From a virus: 64,000 bases of DNA. Position numbers and translations under genes: made by a program. Positions within the stretch are counted from its first letter, which is position 1. Every line of letters begins with the position of its first letter. This document shows, in pieces, positions 19,526-28,032 of the stretch. The stretch covers positions 3,841-67,840 of IMG/VR virus record IMGVR_UViG_3300025703_000002. The stretch is one strand, 5' to 3'. A model generated the notes under the pieces. That model did not search any database and was not told the origin of the DNA. It saw only the letters and a list, made by a program, of their open reading frames with translations.

Positions 19526-22264
19526 TTACCCAAAATAATGAAGCCTTCGTGACTGTTGTTTCTCGGGGCCGTACAGGAGCCTCTCGATACTCTGATGGCT
19601 CTCGTCTTTACGCTTGGCTAGATCCATTCTGCGGAGATGGATAATCCCGTTTATCATCGCGTCGGCGAGATCGTCATGAGCCCCACGGGGAAGAGAAGCA
19701 AGTTCGTCTTCTACGGGTTGAGCCCAGTCAGTGTCAGGACGCCAGATCAAACCATCGGCAAAAAGATGTTGGACTGTGTACGCCCTCGCAACCTTGTCCA
19801 TCCGGCCTGGGTCGTGTAACGCGACTGTCCAGGGTTCTCGGGAGAACAGCCGCCTCATTTCCTGTTCGACAGATATACCAGAGGCTTTGTTCTCTATGAT
19901 TAGTTTATCGACCTTGAACTTTCGGCAGTCGGCAGCAAGATGCTCGACGACTCCCCAGTTCTGTCTTTTCCGCTCCTCGAACTCTTCCTTGGTCTCTCCG
20001 TGCATCTTGACGATGTCGGTCCTACCGTGGAGGGTTAACCTCTTGTGCCACGCATGGATTAACATCAGACGAGGAGTACCGAACTGTTCTGAGTACCTTT
20101 GCTCTTGAGAGGTTTCTACCCAGGCCCCGATGATAACTAAGGCTGAGTAGTCGTTCTCTTTCTTCTCAGTAAAAGCGGTATCGGCAGAGGCTAGAATAAA
20201 CTCGAAAGGTGGGAACAACCCAGGCTTGACATCGTTGGCAGCCATAGCCTCCCGGTCCCAGATCTTCCAGTAGTCCCTCTTGATAATGCCGCCACCACGA
20301 GGCTCGGGCCGTTGTTGGTACTGACCTGCCCAAAGGTAGGGGCGGGTCTTATACGGGCCTAGGACGGAATCAGGATACTTCTCCGGCCACGCTAGTTCGC
20401 CGTCGTAGGTCCTAGGGTCTTTCCACCCGATACTCGTTTCACACCTTGGTTCCTGGAATTCCATCGGAACGCAGTTACCGCTTACTGAAACAATACCATT
20501 TCGGCGAACTACGAGAGCGGTAGAAGGAACACTAACACAGTATACAGTATCGTCGTAGGCAACGGACTTTATATTCTCCTTCCGAATCTTTGTATACCAC
20601 TTCCTCGGAAGACCCTCCATTTTACTCGTATGAATATAAAGGGTATAAATAAACCCCCCTGGAAGAATGTATCCATTGAAGGGCCTCTCCGGAATCTCCC
20701 GTCTTTTTTTACTCGCCGCCCAACCGGATTTGATACAACATTCTTGGATACCGTCTATCAACCTCTCTGAACGAGAAGACATTGTCAATCCGTTTCCATT
20801 TCGTCCCGCTGCACAACCATCACCTTTGACGAACGTAATGATAAAGAGTTTCAATAGGTCGGGGGAGAGACTCCGAATTATCGAGGGTACATATTTAGTA
20901 TGAGAATTCCCTAATGGTTCTAATGCCTCTGCGAGACTCTTACTACCTATTGCAAACTCAAGACAGCCTCCAGATTTACGGAGGGACTTTCGGAAATCGA
21001 ATGGAGAATTAATCAGAATTTGTTCGATCTCGTCTGCTAAGACCCCTGGCTTTTGAATGATACGGGTACAGCAAGACTTGACACTAGAGCATCCCTCACT
21101 CAGATACCATCCCATAAACTCGGCGAGAACTGATGATTTCCATATTTGACCCCCGAACATAATTTCTTCGGTGTCTGACCCCTTCCAGTTGACTGCTTGA
21201 GGGATATAGAAATCTTTCGGAAGATCTCTTGCAGGGGCAACACGCCAATCTGTTTTTTTATTAATCTTCCAATCATTCGGGATTTTATAAAGCATACGGT
21301 GGTCTGGGGTGACGAGAAGATCAGATGAGTTTGAAGAGTAATGAATCATTTCGCCAGTATACTTGTACGAAATGTACTTTGTGGGGAATTCCCACTGAGC
21401 TTGAAGAGTCTTGGGATTAACCGCTAAAATCTCGGAACAGACGACATTGTCTGGATTTAGATCTGAAAACTTTACCCATCCACAGCGAGTTAGAACTTCA
21501 GTCTCTTTGTCATAACAAAGATGTTCGTAATTGGGGTATTCCTCGATGATTACCCCAGAGACGTCTGACTCGTTGACCCTCTGGCCGAGGACGATAATAG
21601 CTCCGTCAGCGAGATCGTTCAGACGGTTCTGCATACTCTCTCGGAACCAGGTTACGGTGTCTCCCCGGACAAGTTCAGACTCTGCCTCAGATACTTTGTG
21701 GAGATCGTCAGCCAGAATTCTGTCGCCGCGCTCACCAGTTCCAACGCCCCCGACACTAGAAGCAAACTTCCAGCCTCGTGCTGTGTTAGATATTCGTCCA
21801 ACGCCTTCTTTTGTGACACGAACGAGTCTTCCATACAGCTCCTGGTATTCTTGAGATTGGACGAGATAGCAGAATTTCTCGTTGTCGCGCTCTGTAAGGG
21901 TTGAAGAGTACGAGAAGGAAACATACCGTAGATCGGGTCTCTCTCGGGGTCCCCATTCCCATGCCGGGAAGAAGACGTTAAGCATCATGGATTTCATGAA
22001 GCCGGGGGGGACGTTAATTAGGAGTCTCTTAAGGTCTCCGTCTGAGATCGCTTCTAGATGCTCTGCTATCGCAGCGATACACCAGCCTTCGACAAAAGGA
22101 ATAACTGGCTCTAGGACGTGCCAGAAGTACCGGATGAACTCAATTAAGCTGTCGCGGTGCAAGGCCCGCAACGATCTGAGTTCTGTCTCCCTCGTCGCTC
22201 GGGCTAATTCGAGCAACTCTCTCCTCGATAAAGGCTTTGAGTTCAATGTCAGATAACCTATCAA
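19526..22264 (-). CDS. terL: Terminase large subunit containing an intein
   Basis: RLLINVPPGFMKS, TGERGD.I.ADD, QYQQRP, DTAF..DYSA, IENKASG, HDDLADA. Confidence 0.95.
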   Translation of the reverse strand: MIGYLTLNSKPLSRRELLELARATRETELRSLRALHRDSLIEFIRYFWHVLEPVIPFVEGWCIAAIAEHLEAISDGDLKRLLINVPPGFMKSMMLNVFFPAWEWGPRERPDLRYVSFSYSSTLTERDNEKFCYLVQSQEYQELYGRLVRVTKEGVGRISNTARGWKFASSVGGVGTGERGDRILADDLHKVSEAESELVRGDTVTWFRESMQNRLNDLADGAIIVLGQRVNESDVSGVIIEEYPNYEHLCYDKETEVLTRCGWVKFSDLNPDNVVCSEILAVNPKTLQAQWEFPTKYISYKYTGEMIHYSSNSSDLLVTPDHRMLYKIPNDWKINKKTDWRVAPARDLPKDFYIPQAVNWKGSDTEEIMFGGQIWKSSVLAEFMGWYLSEGCSSVKSCCTRIIQKPGVLADEIEQILINSPFDFRKSLRKSGGCLEFAIGSKSLAEALEPLGNSHTKYVPSIIRSLSPDLLKLFIITFVKGDGCAAGRNGNGLTMSSRSERLIDGIQECCIKSGWAASKKRREIPERPFNGYILPGGFIYTLYIHTSKMEGLPRKWYTKIRKENIKSVAYDDTVYCVSVPSTALVVRRNGIVSVSGNCVPMEFQEPRCETSIGWKDPRTYDGELAWPEKYPDSVLGPYKTRPYLWAGQYQQRPEPRGGGIIKRDYWKIWDREAMAANDVKPGLFPPFEFILASADTAFTEKKENDYSALVIIGAWVETSQEQRYSEQFGTPRLMLIHAWHKRLTLHGRTDIVKMHGETKEEFEERKRQNWGVVEHLAADCRKFKVDKLIIENKASGISVEQEMRRLFSREPWTVALHDPGRMDKVARAYTVQHLFADGLIWRPDTDWAQPVEDELASLPRGAHDDLADAMINGIIHLRRMDLAKRKDESHQSIERLLYGPEKQQSRRLHYFG
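20474..21517 (-). mobile_element. Intein (348 aa) with LAGLIDADG homing endonuclease in TerL
   Basis: EHL|CYDKETEVLT..GW start, LLVTPDHRM block B, GWYLSEG and FVKGDG LAGLIDADG blocks, VYCVSVP..VRRNG..SGN|C end. Confidence 0.93.
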
Positions 22265-22709
22265 AATCTCCGGGTCCGCCTACTTCGACTTCCTTACGGT
22301 CACGCCAGGAGTCTCTACGACGGTTCTTGAGCCATATAAAGGCAGCGGCAGTGTCAGGTGGGCAGAACTCTCGGTATTCAACCTTAGTGCCATCGGCGAG
22401 GATCTTAACGGTGTCGTAGGAATACCCTATGGCTCGGTGATACAACGCCTGCTCGACACGCTCGTCTAGAGCCTCCTTACCTGTCTTACAGGCGTCAGAG
22501 AACTCAGGATACTGAATACGCCACCTCTCGACCTGACGGGTAGAGACAGAAAAGAAGTCGGCAAGCTCTACGTCAGTGGCCCCAAGGAGACACAACTTCT
22601 CTGCTTGGGGACAGAACTCAGGACGGAACTTAGACGGTGCTCCAGGCCCTCTGTCAGGTGTGCCGGCAGGGAGCTGCCTCTTCTCTGGGTCTTTAGCGTA
22701 CTTAGCCAT
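22140..22709 (-). CDS. terS: Terminase small subunit
   Basis: GAPSKF, GATD.ELADFF.VS....W...PEF, PPDTAAAFIWLKNR..WRD. Confidence 0.88.
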   Translation of the reverse strand: MAKYAKDPEKRQLPAGTPDRGPGAPSKFRPEFCPQAEKLCLLGATDVELADFFSVSTRQVERWRIQYPEFSDACKTGKEALDERVEQALYHRAIGYSYDTVKILADGTKVEYREFCPPDTAAAFIWLKNRRRDSWRDRKEVEVGGPGDFDRLSDIELKAFIEERVARISPSDEGDRTQIVAGLAPRQLN

Positions 22710-22717
22710 GTCTCTCC

Positions 22718-22933
22718 CTACTTTACGATGGACAACTTAGGCTTTGACGAAATGCTGGAGATCAAAGCTCGCCCCATCTCACACCCCAGGATATAAAGCG
22801 GAGACACAGGGTCTAGGTCGGAGATCCTTAGGATTAGAATTCCTAGAGCATCGGCTCTCTGGGATACCTCGTCAAAGTAGGGACAAGCAGTAGGAAAGGT
22901 GTCTTCAGCGGAGAGGACGAGGTCTTCACTCAA
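22718..22933 (-). CDS. Hypothetical protein
   Basis: RBS AAGGAG upstream. Confidence 0.55.
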   Translation of the reverse strand: MSEDLVLSAEDTFPTACPYFDEVSQRADALGILILRISDLDPVSPLYILGCEMGRALISSISSKPKLSIVK

Positions 22934-22944
22934 AGAGGTCTCCT

Positions 22945-23094
22945 TTATGAGAGAACTAAAATCTTTAGAGTTCCGATGTGTCGAATCCTGGCTGCGAGAA
23001 CTCTTCCCGACTCTTCTCGAACGACATCTTCATAATAGACATTAGTAGAATCTGGGAGATCTTTAAGAACTTTCTTGAGTTCGGAAACAGTCAT
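22945..23094 (-). CDS. Small hypothetical protein (49 aa, MTVSELKKVLKDLPDS...)
   Basis: Manually translated; MTV.EL...L..LP start common in phage small proteins. Confidence 0.55.
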   Translation of the reverse strand: MTVSELKKVLKDLPDSTNVYYEDVVREESGRVLAARIRHIGTLKILVLS

Positions 23095-23164
23095 CAACGA
23101 GTACCGTCTGCTTTGTAGTAGTGGGAGAAACAGAAAGGATTGTCGGTATCACAATTTCTATTGT

Positions 23165-23227
23165 TTAGAACAGGTAGGAACATCCACCTAGGCTAAGAAC
23201 AAAGACAAGGAGTAGGATTCGTCTCAT
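23165..23227 (-). CDS. Mini-lipoprotein ORF MRRILLLVFVLSLGGCSYLF (possibly frameshifted)
   Basis: Lipobox-like LGG-C after a basic and hydrophobic stretch. Confidence 0.4.
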   Translation of the reverse strand: MRRILLLVFVLSLGGCSYLF

Positions 23228-23297
23228 ATCACGTCCCTAAGTAAAGAACTCCGGGCCGGAACCTGGGCTACTCGGCGTACCTTACAGTGTGGAAAGA

Positions 23298-23400
23298 ATT
23301 GGGGAGGGCGCTACCTTCCAGAACGTAGCACCTAGGCGTCAGGTCTTACTGGTCTATCCCTGACAGAACGGACACTATTACTAGGCCGCGGCTCCCCAAA
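23298..23400 (-). ncRNA. Candidate structured RNA (multi-stem)
   Basis: TTGGGGAG/CTCCCCAA closing stem; CCTAG/CTAGG, GTCAGG/CCTGAC, GCTAC/GTAGC inner stems; no ORF. Confidence 0.45.
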
Positions 23401-23521
23401 CTAATTAATACTGGCTGCTATGATCTTAGCAAGGATATAAAATACTGCTCCAGAGACAATTGCTCCGAAGAGAACTCCTTCAAAGAAATGGATCATGGCT
23501 TCTCTTGGGTCTTAGAGAATG

Positions 23522-23640
23522 TGGTGGGCCTGTCACTGAGTCGTCCGGATATGGTGTGGTTAGGCCCATAATCCGGGGAGAGTATTGCTCCCTAGGGATA
23601 TAACCGAACCCCCTTAGAACGATCTAGTGACAGGCCCACA
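23522..23640 (-). ncRNA. Candidate structured four-way RNA ending in ACCA
   Basis: Perfect 14-bp closing stem 23524-23537/23626-23639 plus three inner hairpins. Confidence 0.55.
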
Positions 23641-23740
23641 TCTCGTAAAGGAGATGTTAGTCCATTGTTGCCACAAGAATCCCTAAGTGGGGTATGAAGG
23701 TTATCTTCCGAAGAGTTACAATCAATTAACTCTATAGATA

Positions 23741-23769
23741 ATTATATCATATTTTGGAGACAAAGTCAA
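23741..23769 (-). promoter_or_regulatory. Sigma70-type promoter of the late/virion operon
   Basis: TTGACT-N17-TATAAT on minus strand. Confidence 0.8.
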
Positions 23770-23992
23770 CCCCTAAATCGACGAAATCGTAAGAAAAGTA
23801 CAAAATAATACAAAAAAGATATAAATTTTATATCGGAGGATATATTTCTGGTGTGTTTCTACGGAAAGGTCGAATATTTTCCCAAAGTATATAAAAATTT
23901 TTACACAGAGCTGAATTGGAGTACCCGGCCCTAATAGAGGGGGGTACGGGGGGTCATCCCAAATCCCCTCCTGTGACATTCTTGCCACTAGA

Positions 23993-24073
23993 GAACATTC
24001 AGGGAACAATGCCCTAGCTTCCGGTCAGGACGAAGAGAAGACGAGTAGAACATAAAGAGAACATGAGGCGAAC
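23993..24073. promoter_or_regulatory. Alphaproteobacterial LexA-type boxes (GAAC-N7-GAAC)
   Basis: GAAC-attcagg-GAAC at 23993-24007; GAAC-ataaaga-GAAC-atgaggc-GAAC at 24048-24073. Confidence 0.6.
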
Positions 24074-24450
24074 CACAGTGACTCTTCAATGCTTTGACCT
24101 ACACGACGACGCTAAGACCTAGCCCTAGTCATGTGCTAGACGCTGGCACGAGGAATTACCGTCGTGTCCTGGCAAGTACCCTATAGAGCTTGCCGCGTCC
24201 TATGGCTCCCCTGATGACCTGTGACAGTCCGGTTGAGTCTTAGTGAAGCCCTCAACCTTAGGAGTATCTTGTTGTCCCGCCTAGTGAACCCTAGGCTCGG
24301 CTCCGGTCAAACCGGACGGATTGCATCCCCGGGACAACGCTATGACAGTCTCACACCTTCCCCCTTGTGTCAACACCGAATGTCCTTTTAAGATACGACA
24401 TAATGGAATACCTGGTATGTAATAAGATCATAGCTATCCGAAAGATTCCG

Positions 24451-24479
24451 CTTGACATTCCCTAGGAGCCTGCTATTCT
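24451..24479 (+). promoter_or_regulatory. Early sigma70-type promoter
   Basis: cTTGACA-N16-TATTCT with TGn extension, upstream of the first plus-strand gene. Confidence 0.65.
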
Positions 24480-24557
24480 CCTGATATTGCTTCACCTTGG
24501 AGCAATCCGGTTATTCCGGCTCTTCCGGTCTTAGCCCGAATTGTGCAGGAGGCCCTA

Positions 24558-24695
24558 ATGAACTACCGAGGCTTTATCATCCGATGTGATGCTCAAATGC
24601 CGGGCACCTTCTTACTCACGTATAAGGGCCGCCCTTGCGGACGCCAATGGTCCCTACAGGCCGCCAAAGGGCTCGTCGATCACATGCTCAGCTAG
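24558..24695 (+). CDS. Small early protein (45 aa, MNYRGFIIR...)
   Basis: RBS AGGAGG; manually translated. Confidence 0.6.
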   Translation: MNYRGFIIRCDAQMPGTFLLTYKGRPCGRQWSLQAAKGLVDHMLS

Positions 24696-24707
24696 TAGGG
24701 GATTGAA

Positions 24708-25019
24708 GTGGCACAAAGAATCACGAAAGCCTACCTCGAGGCTCAACTGGGAATCCTCTCGAAGCTCCTAGGCTGGGACTGCACGTCCGATATATGGACA
24801 GACGGTAAAGCCTGTGTCGGTCGGGTGTTTATAGAGTCCGGATCGAGGATCAACGGTCGATGGTGGCACATTACTATGATAAACAACGATACCGGAGGAG
24901 AGGCTAGGATCGCCTCCGAAGAAACTGCGAGGCACATGTCAATCCTTATCGACGGCATGATTAAAAGTGCCGCTGAAATGAACGCGAACATAAAAGGGGA
25001 ATCACATGCGGGAGTCTGA
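24708..25019 (+). CDS. Early hypothetical protein
   Basis: RITKAYLE start; RBS AGGGG. Confidence 0.6.
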   Translation: MAQRITKAYLEAQLGILSKLLGWDCTSDIWTDGKACVGRVFIESGSRINGRWWHITMINNDTGGEARIASEETARHMSILIDGMIKSAAEMNANIKGESHAGV

Positions 25020-25156
25020 GAATCCTTTCCACGGGCCGAAACTAACCATGGCTGATTATGCCGGCGATCTTGTCGCTGTAGGTGTCGTCTTTGTTACGAT
25101 CGCAGTCCTGGCCTTTGTCGCCCCGCACTATATGTTTTGGAGATAGGAGGATCAAA

Positions 25157-25273
25157 GTGATAACGGTCTATTTTAACCACGACATGCATATTGACTGCCC
25201 TACGGTCGTCGTGGCCCGTATCGTATGGGACTTGTTAGTCCAAAAATTTGAAATGCAATCCGAGAGGCCATAA
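25157..25273 (+). CDS. Small early protein
   Basis: GTG start after AGGAGG. Confidence 0.45.
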   Translation: MITVYFNHDMHIDCPTVVVARIVWDLLVQKFEMQSERP

Positions 25274-25422
25274 CGCTTTCGCTTTGCCGATTCGAAAGGA
25301 CCGGCTTTGCCAAGGTGTTAGGCCATACTTTCGTGGTCGCTTGACCTTGCTTAGGAGGATAAAATGCTACACTGTAGCCTAGCCGGATGGTTTATTTTCT
25401 ATCTCCTATTTATGAGGTAGAG

Positions 25423-25644
25423 ATGGATCACTGCGAAGACCTCAGGGGATTCTGCCGCGCGATGGTAGAAGCCGGATATATGCCTTTAGACGAGTACCTA
25501 CGGCGATATGGTGAAGACGTTCTGTCGCCTGCGCCTCTCACATTTGAGCGCCGTCACGGCATTAAGAGGCGCCTCGTCCAACTCCGTCTAGTTCCTCGGT
25601 TCGTCCCGCCTAAACATACGATAGGTGGCACCTATGACATTTAA
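25423..25644 (+). CDS. Early hypothetical protein
   Basis: GAGG RBS before MDHCEDL. Confidence 0.5.
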   Translation: MDHCEDLRGFCRAMVEAGYMPLDEYLRRYGEDVLSPAPLTFERRHGIKRRLVQLRLVPRFVPPKHTIGGTYDI

Positions 25645-26101
25645 CCTTCGTCGAGATCGCCGACTCCGCCAAGACTCCATCCCCGTCAGAGAGCTTGATA
25701 GGGTTGACGCCCTCGACCGCGAATCTTCGGTCCCGATGGCGTCTTGCTCTAACTGGCTAGTCAAAGGCTTCAAAGGAGGCGAGCGAGGAGGGACTAAGGG
25801 CTCGGGTAAAAAGGTCGGCGACGGGGTCGAAGCTAGGAACGCCTCTAGGAGTGGCTACCGTGACCGTGAGGAGCAATTCGCGGTCCTTAAGGCCAATGTC
25901 CTAGACCTTCGGCGGAAGCTCGCCAGAGATCCCCAGAACGCCGTTTTGATCCAGTTAAACAAGCGGCAGACGGCTACGCTCCAATGGCTTGCCGAATTGA
26001 TCGCCTCGAAAGACAATCTCATACGGGCCACGGTATCCCGCGACAAAACGGAAACACGTTCCGACCAGTTACAGCCTATCAAACGCCTCGAAAGGATTTA
26101 A
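25634..26101 (+). CDS. Early hypothetical protein
   Basis: AGGTGG RBS before MTFNLRR. Confidence 0.55.
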   Translation: MTFNLRRDRRLRQDSIPVRELDRVDALDRESSVPMASCSNWLVKGFKGGERGGTKGSGKKVGDGVEARNASRSGYRDREEQFAVLKANVLDLRRKLARDPQNAVLIQLNKRQTATLQWLAELIASKDNLIRATVSRDKTETRSDQLQPIKRLERI

Positions 26102-26102
26102 G

Positions 26103-26312
26103 ATGGCAGACCTTAAATATCCACCTTGCGCTTGCACGTTTGTTTCGATCGGCAAGCCTCTAAAGACAAATGGGTGTAAAATCCACGGCGATCTCCCCTT
26201 TCTTTGTTCGGAGTGTTCCTGTTCCGAGTATCGGCCTTCGAGGGCACCATTCGACCGCTCGCCCTGGCCTTTGTGTTCATGCGGCCATACCGCCCAGGAT
26301 CACACGGCATAA
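26103..26312 (+). CDS. Small Cys/His-rich (Zn-binding) protein
   Basis: CAC..CKIH..CSECSC..CSCGH...H. Confidence 0.55.
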   Translation: MADLKYPPCACTFVSIGKPLKTNGCKIHGDLPFLCSECSCSEYRPSRAPFDRSPWPLCSCGHTAQDHTA

Positions 26313-26990
26313 CCAAACCTTTTAGACCCTGCCTTAATTATGCCATATTAGGGTGATTTAAGGCAGTCCTAAGCGGTCACGGTGTAAACCGGAAGATGCT
26401 TTTAAGACTGGGCCTAGGCAGATACCTAGGGAATGTGATCTAGGCTACGTGCCAGTGTTCTGTTTGTCTATGTGTGGTAAGGATATAGTCCTAGGAATAT
26501 AGTCCTAATAGGATTTACCTAGAACGTACCCCGGAAACCAGGGCGTGCCCGAAAGGTCCGCTTAGTAACTTCCGCCACATGAGTCCGATAGCTTTCTGGA
26601 TAGCTCGGTCTCGCAAGAGGCCACCGCGCAAGTTGACACCTTGTGCAGCCACGCCCCTAGATCAATCGGGTTATTCCCGCCTGCCAGTAGGATTCGTCCC
26701 GCTGGCGGACAGAGTAAGTTAGGCTCTGTCAGCGCAATCTTTGTCCTTTGCGTGTTTCACGGCGTCTAAGTCGCAAGATGATAGTCGCTTGTTTAACGTG
26801 CATTTAATTGGGGGGATAGGGTGAGGGCAATAATCCTACATGCTACATTTGACCTTTCGGGGTCGCTGGCGTAGCATTAAACCGTTAGCGTCCCAAGACC
26901 CAGGGGCGGACTTGTCAGGAGTAGGTCCGGGTTCAGCGTCCTAGTCTTCTAACGGTTTAATCCTATGCCAGATAAAAATAGTTTGGTTTA
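26306..26990 (+). ncRNA. Candidate large (~680 nt) structured non-coding RNA
   Basis: No ORF of 60 aa or more in the track; many stems with GNRA/UUCG loops and long-range pairings (see findings). Confidence 0.7.
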
Positions 26991-27002
26991 GGGAAAATAG
27001 GG

Positions 27003-27031
27003 CTTGACACATCCGGTTAAGTCCTTATATT
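27003..27031 (+). promoter_or_regulatory. Sigma70-type promoter
   Basis: cTTGACA-N16-TATATT followed by a leader hairpin GGCATAG..CTATGCC. Confidence 0.65.
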
Positions 27032-27148
27032 CGTATCACCTTCAAGTGGCATAGCGTTTAGGGCATTTTTAGTGTCTTAGACCCTATGCCAAGGCTTAGG
27101 GGCGGTTCAATCCTGATCCGTCGTTTCGCTAAAAGTAAGGTTACGCAA

Positions 27149-27859
27149 ATGTCTGTTTTCAAAGATATCAAGATTCTCGACAGGTCACTCGTGACTTTCG
27201 GGCGTACCTACAAAGAAAATCGGGAGCTTGCTCACGATCTTGCCGTTTCGGTGATGTATCACACTGCGGCGCACCGTCAGCTCTCCCCTAAGGATCGGTC
27301 AGACAAGCTTCACCGCTTTTACGACATTCTGAAAAAGGCCGATCAAGACGCTTTCCGCCAATGGGCTTCGGCGCTTGTCACTTGGAAGATCCAAGAGAAC
27401 GGCAAGGAAGTGACGAAGCGTTGGCTCTCAGGCTCGCGTGACGAAGCCGGACTCTTTGCCTTCAAGATCATCGAAGGGACAAAGGTTCAATCGGATCAAT
27501 TCGCGGCAGATATCGACCGTATTGATTCTCTGCCGAGTTTCTTCGATCATGAACCCTCAAGCCGGCCTCCGGGATTTTTTGGAGATACAGAGCTTCTAAA
27601 GGCTCTGAAAAATCTTTTAAAGAAAGCCTCGGACGGGCGGAAAGAAAATCGAATCTCTGACACGGTTTTCAACATCGTCGAGATCGCCGAGCTGCAAATC
27701 GAGAAGAGCCTGCAATCGACCGGAAGGCCTCTAGGCGAGAGTCAACCGGCTTCAATCGTTCCTCCGGCGGACCTTTCGAAAGCTCAAGAATCTCAAGCCA
27801 AGACTGCCCGTCACGGTGGCAAGGCTCTTGAGGCGAAAGAGGAAAAGGTTGCGGCTTAG
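27149..27859 (+). CDS. Early hypothetical protein
   Basis: Likely start MSVFKD; own promoter. Confidence 0.7.
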   Translation: MSVFKDIKILDRSLVTFGRTYKENRELAHDLAVSVMYHTAAHRQLSPKDRSDKLHRFYDILKKADQDAFRQWASALVTWKIQENGKEVTKRWLSGSRDEAGLFAFKIIEGTKVQSDQFAADIDRIDSLPSFFDHEPSSRPPGFFGDTELLKALKNLLKKASDGRKENRISDTVFNIVEIAELQIEKSLQSTGRPLGESQPASIVPPADLSKAQESQAKTARHGGKALEAKEEKVAA

Positions 27860-28032
27860 TTTCATGAATTAGGTGCTACACGAGCAAGCTCTTGTGAAGA
27901 TCGCCGCCTAATTAACTCCCCCCGGTTTTCTCTAGGGTTCCTGAGTCGGAGCTTTAGAGGAAACCGGGGCTTTTCTGCGTCCAGATTTCGAGACTTTGAA
28001 AGGGGCCTCTTGGCCCTTTGTCTTTTCCGACT

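Noticed and set aside
22140-22264. TerS/TerL overlap as a programmed frameshift
   Set aside because: Such overlaps are common, no slippery site is evident, and the TerL start is simply uncertain.
24205-24265. Hammerhead ribozyme (CTGATGA core)
   Set aside because: No correctly placed GAAA or stems I/III found.
26400-26520. Group I intron (AGACTG plus GATATAGTCC resemble P7/S)
   Set aside because: No P4-P6 domain in the expected order, and the flanking ORFs appear complete; kept only as a note in the large-RNA finding.
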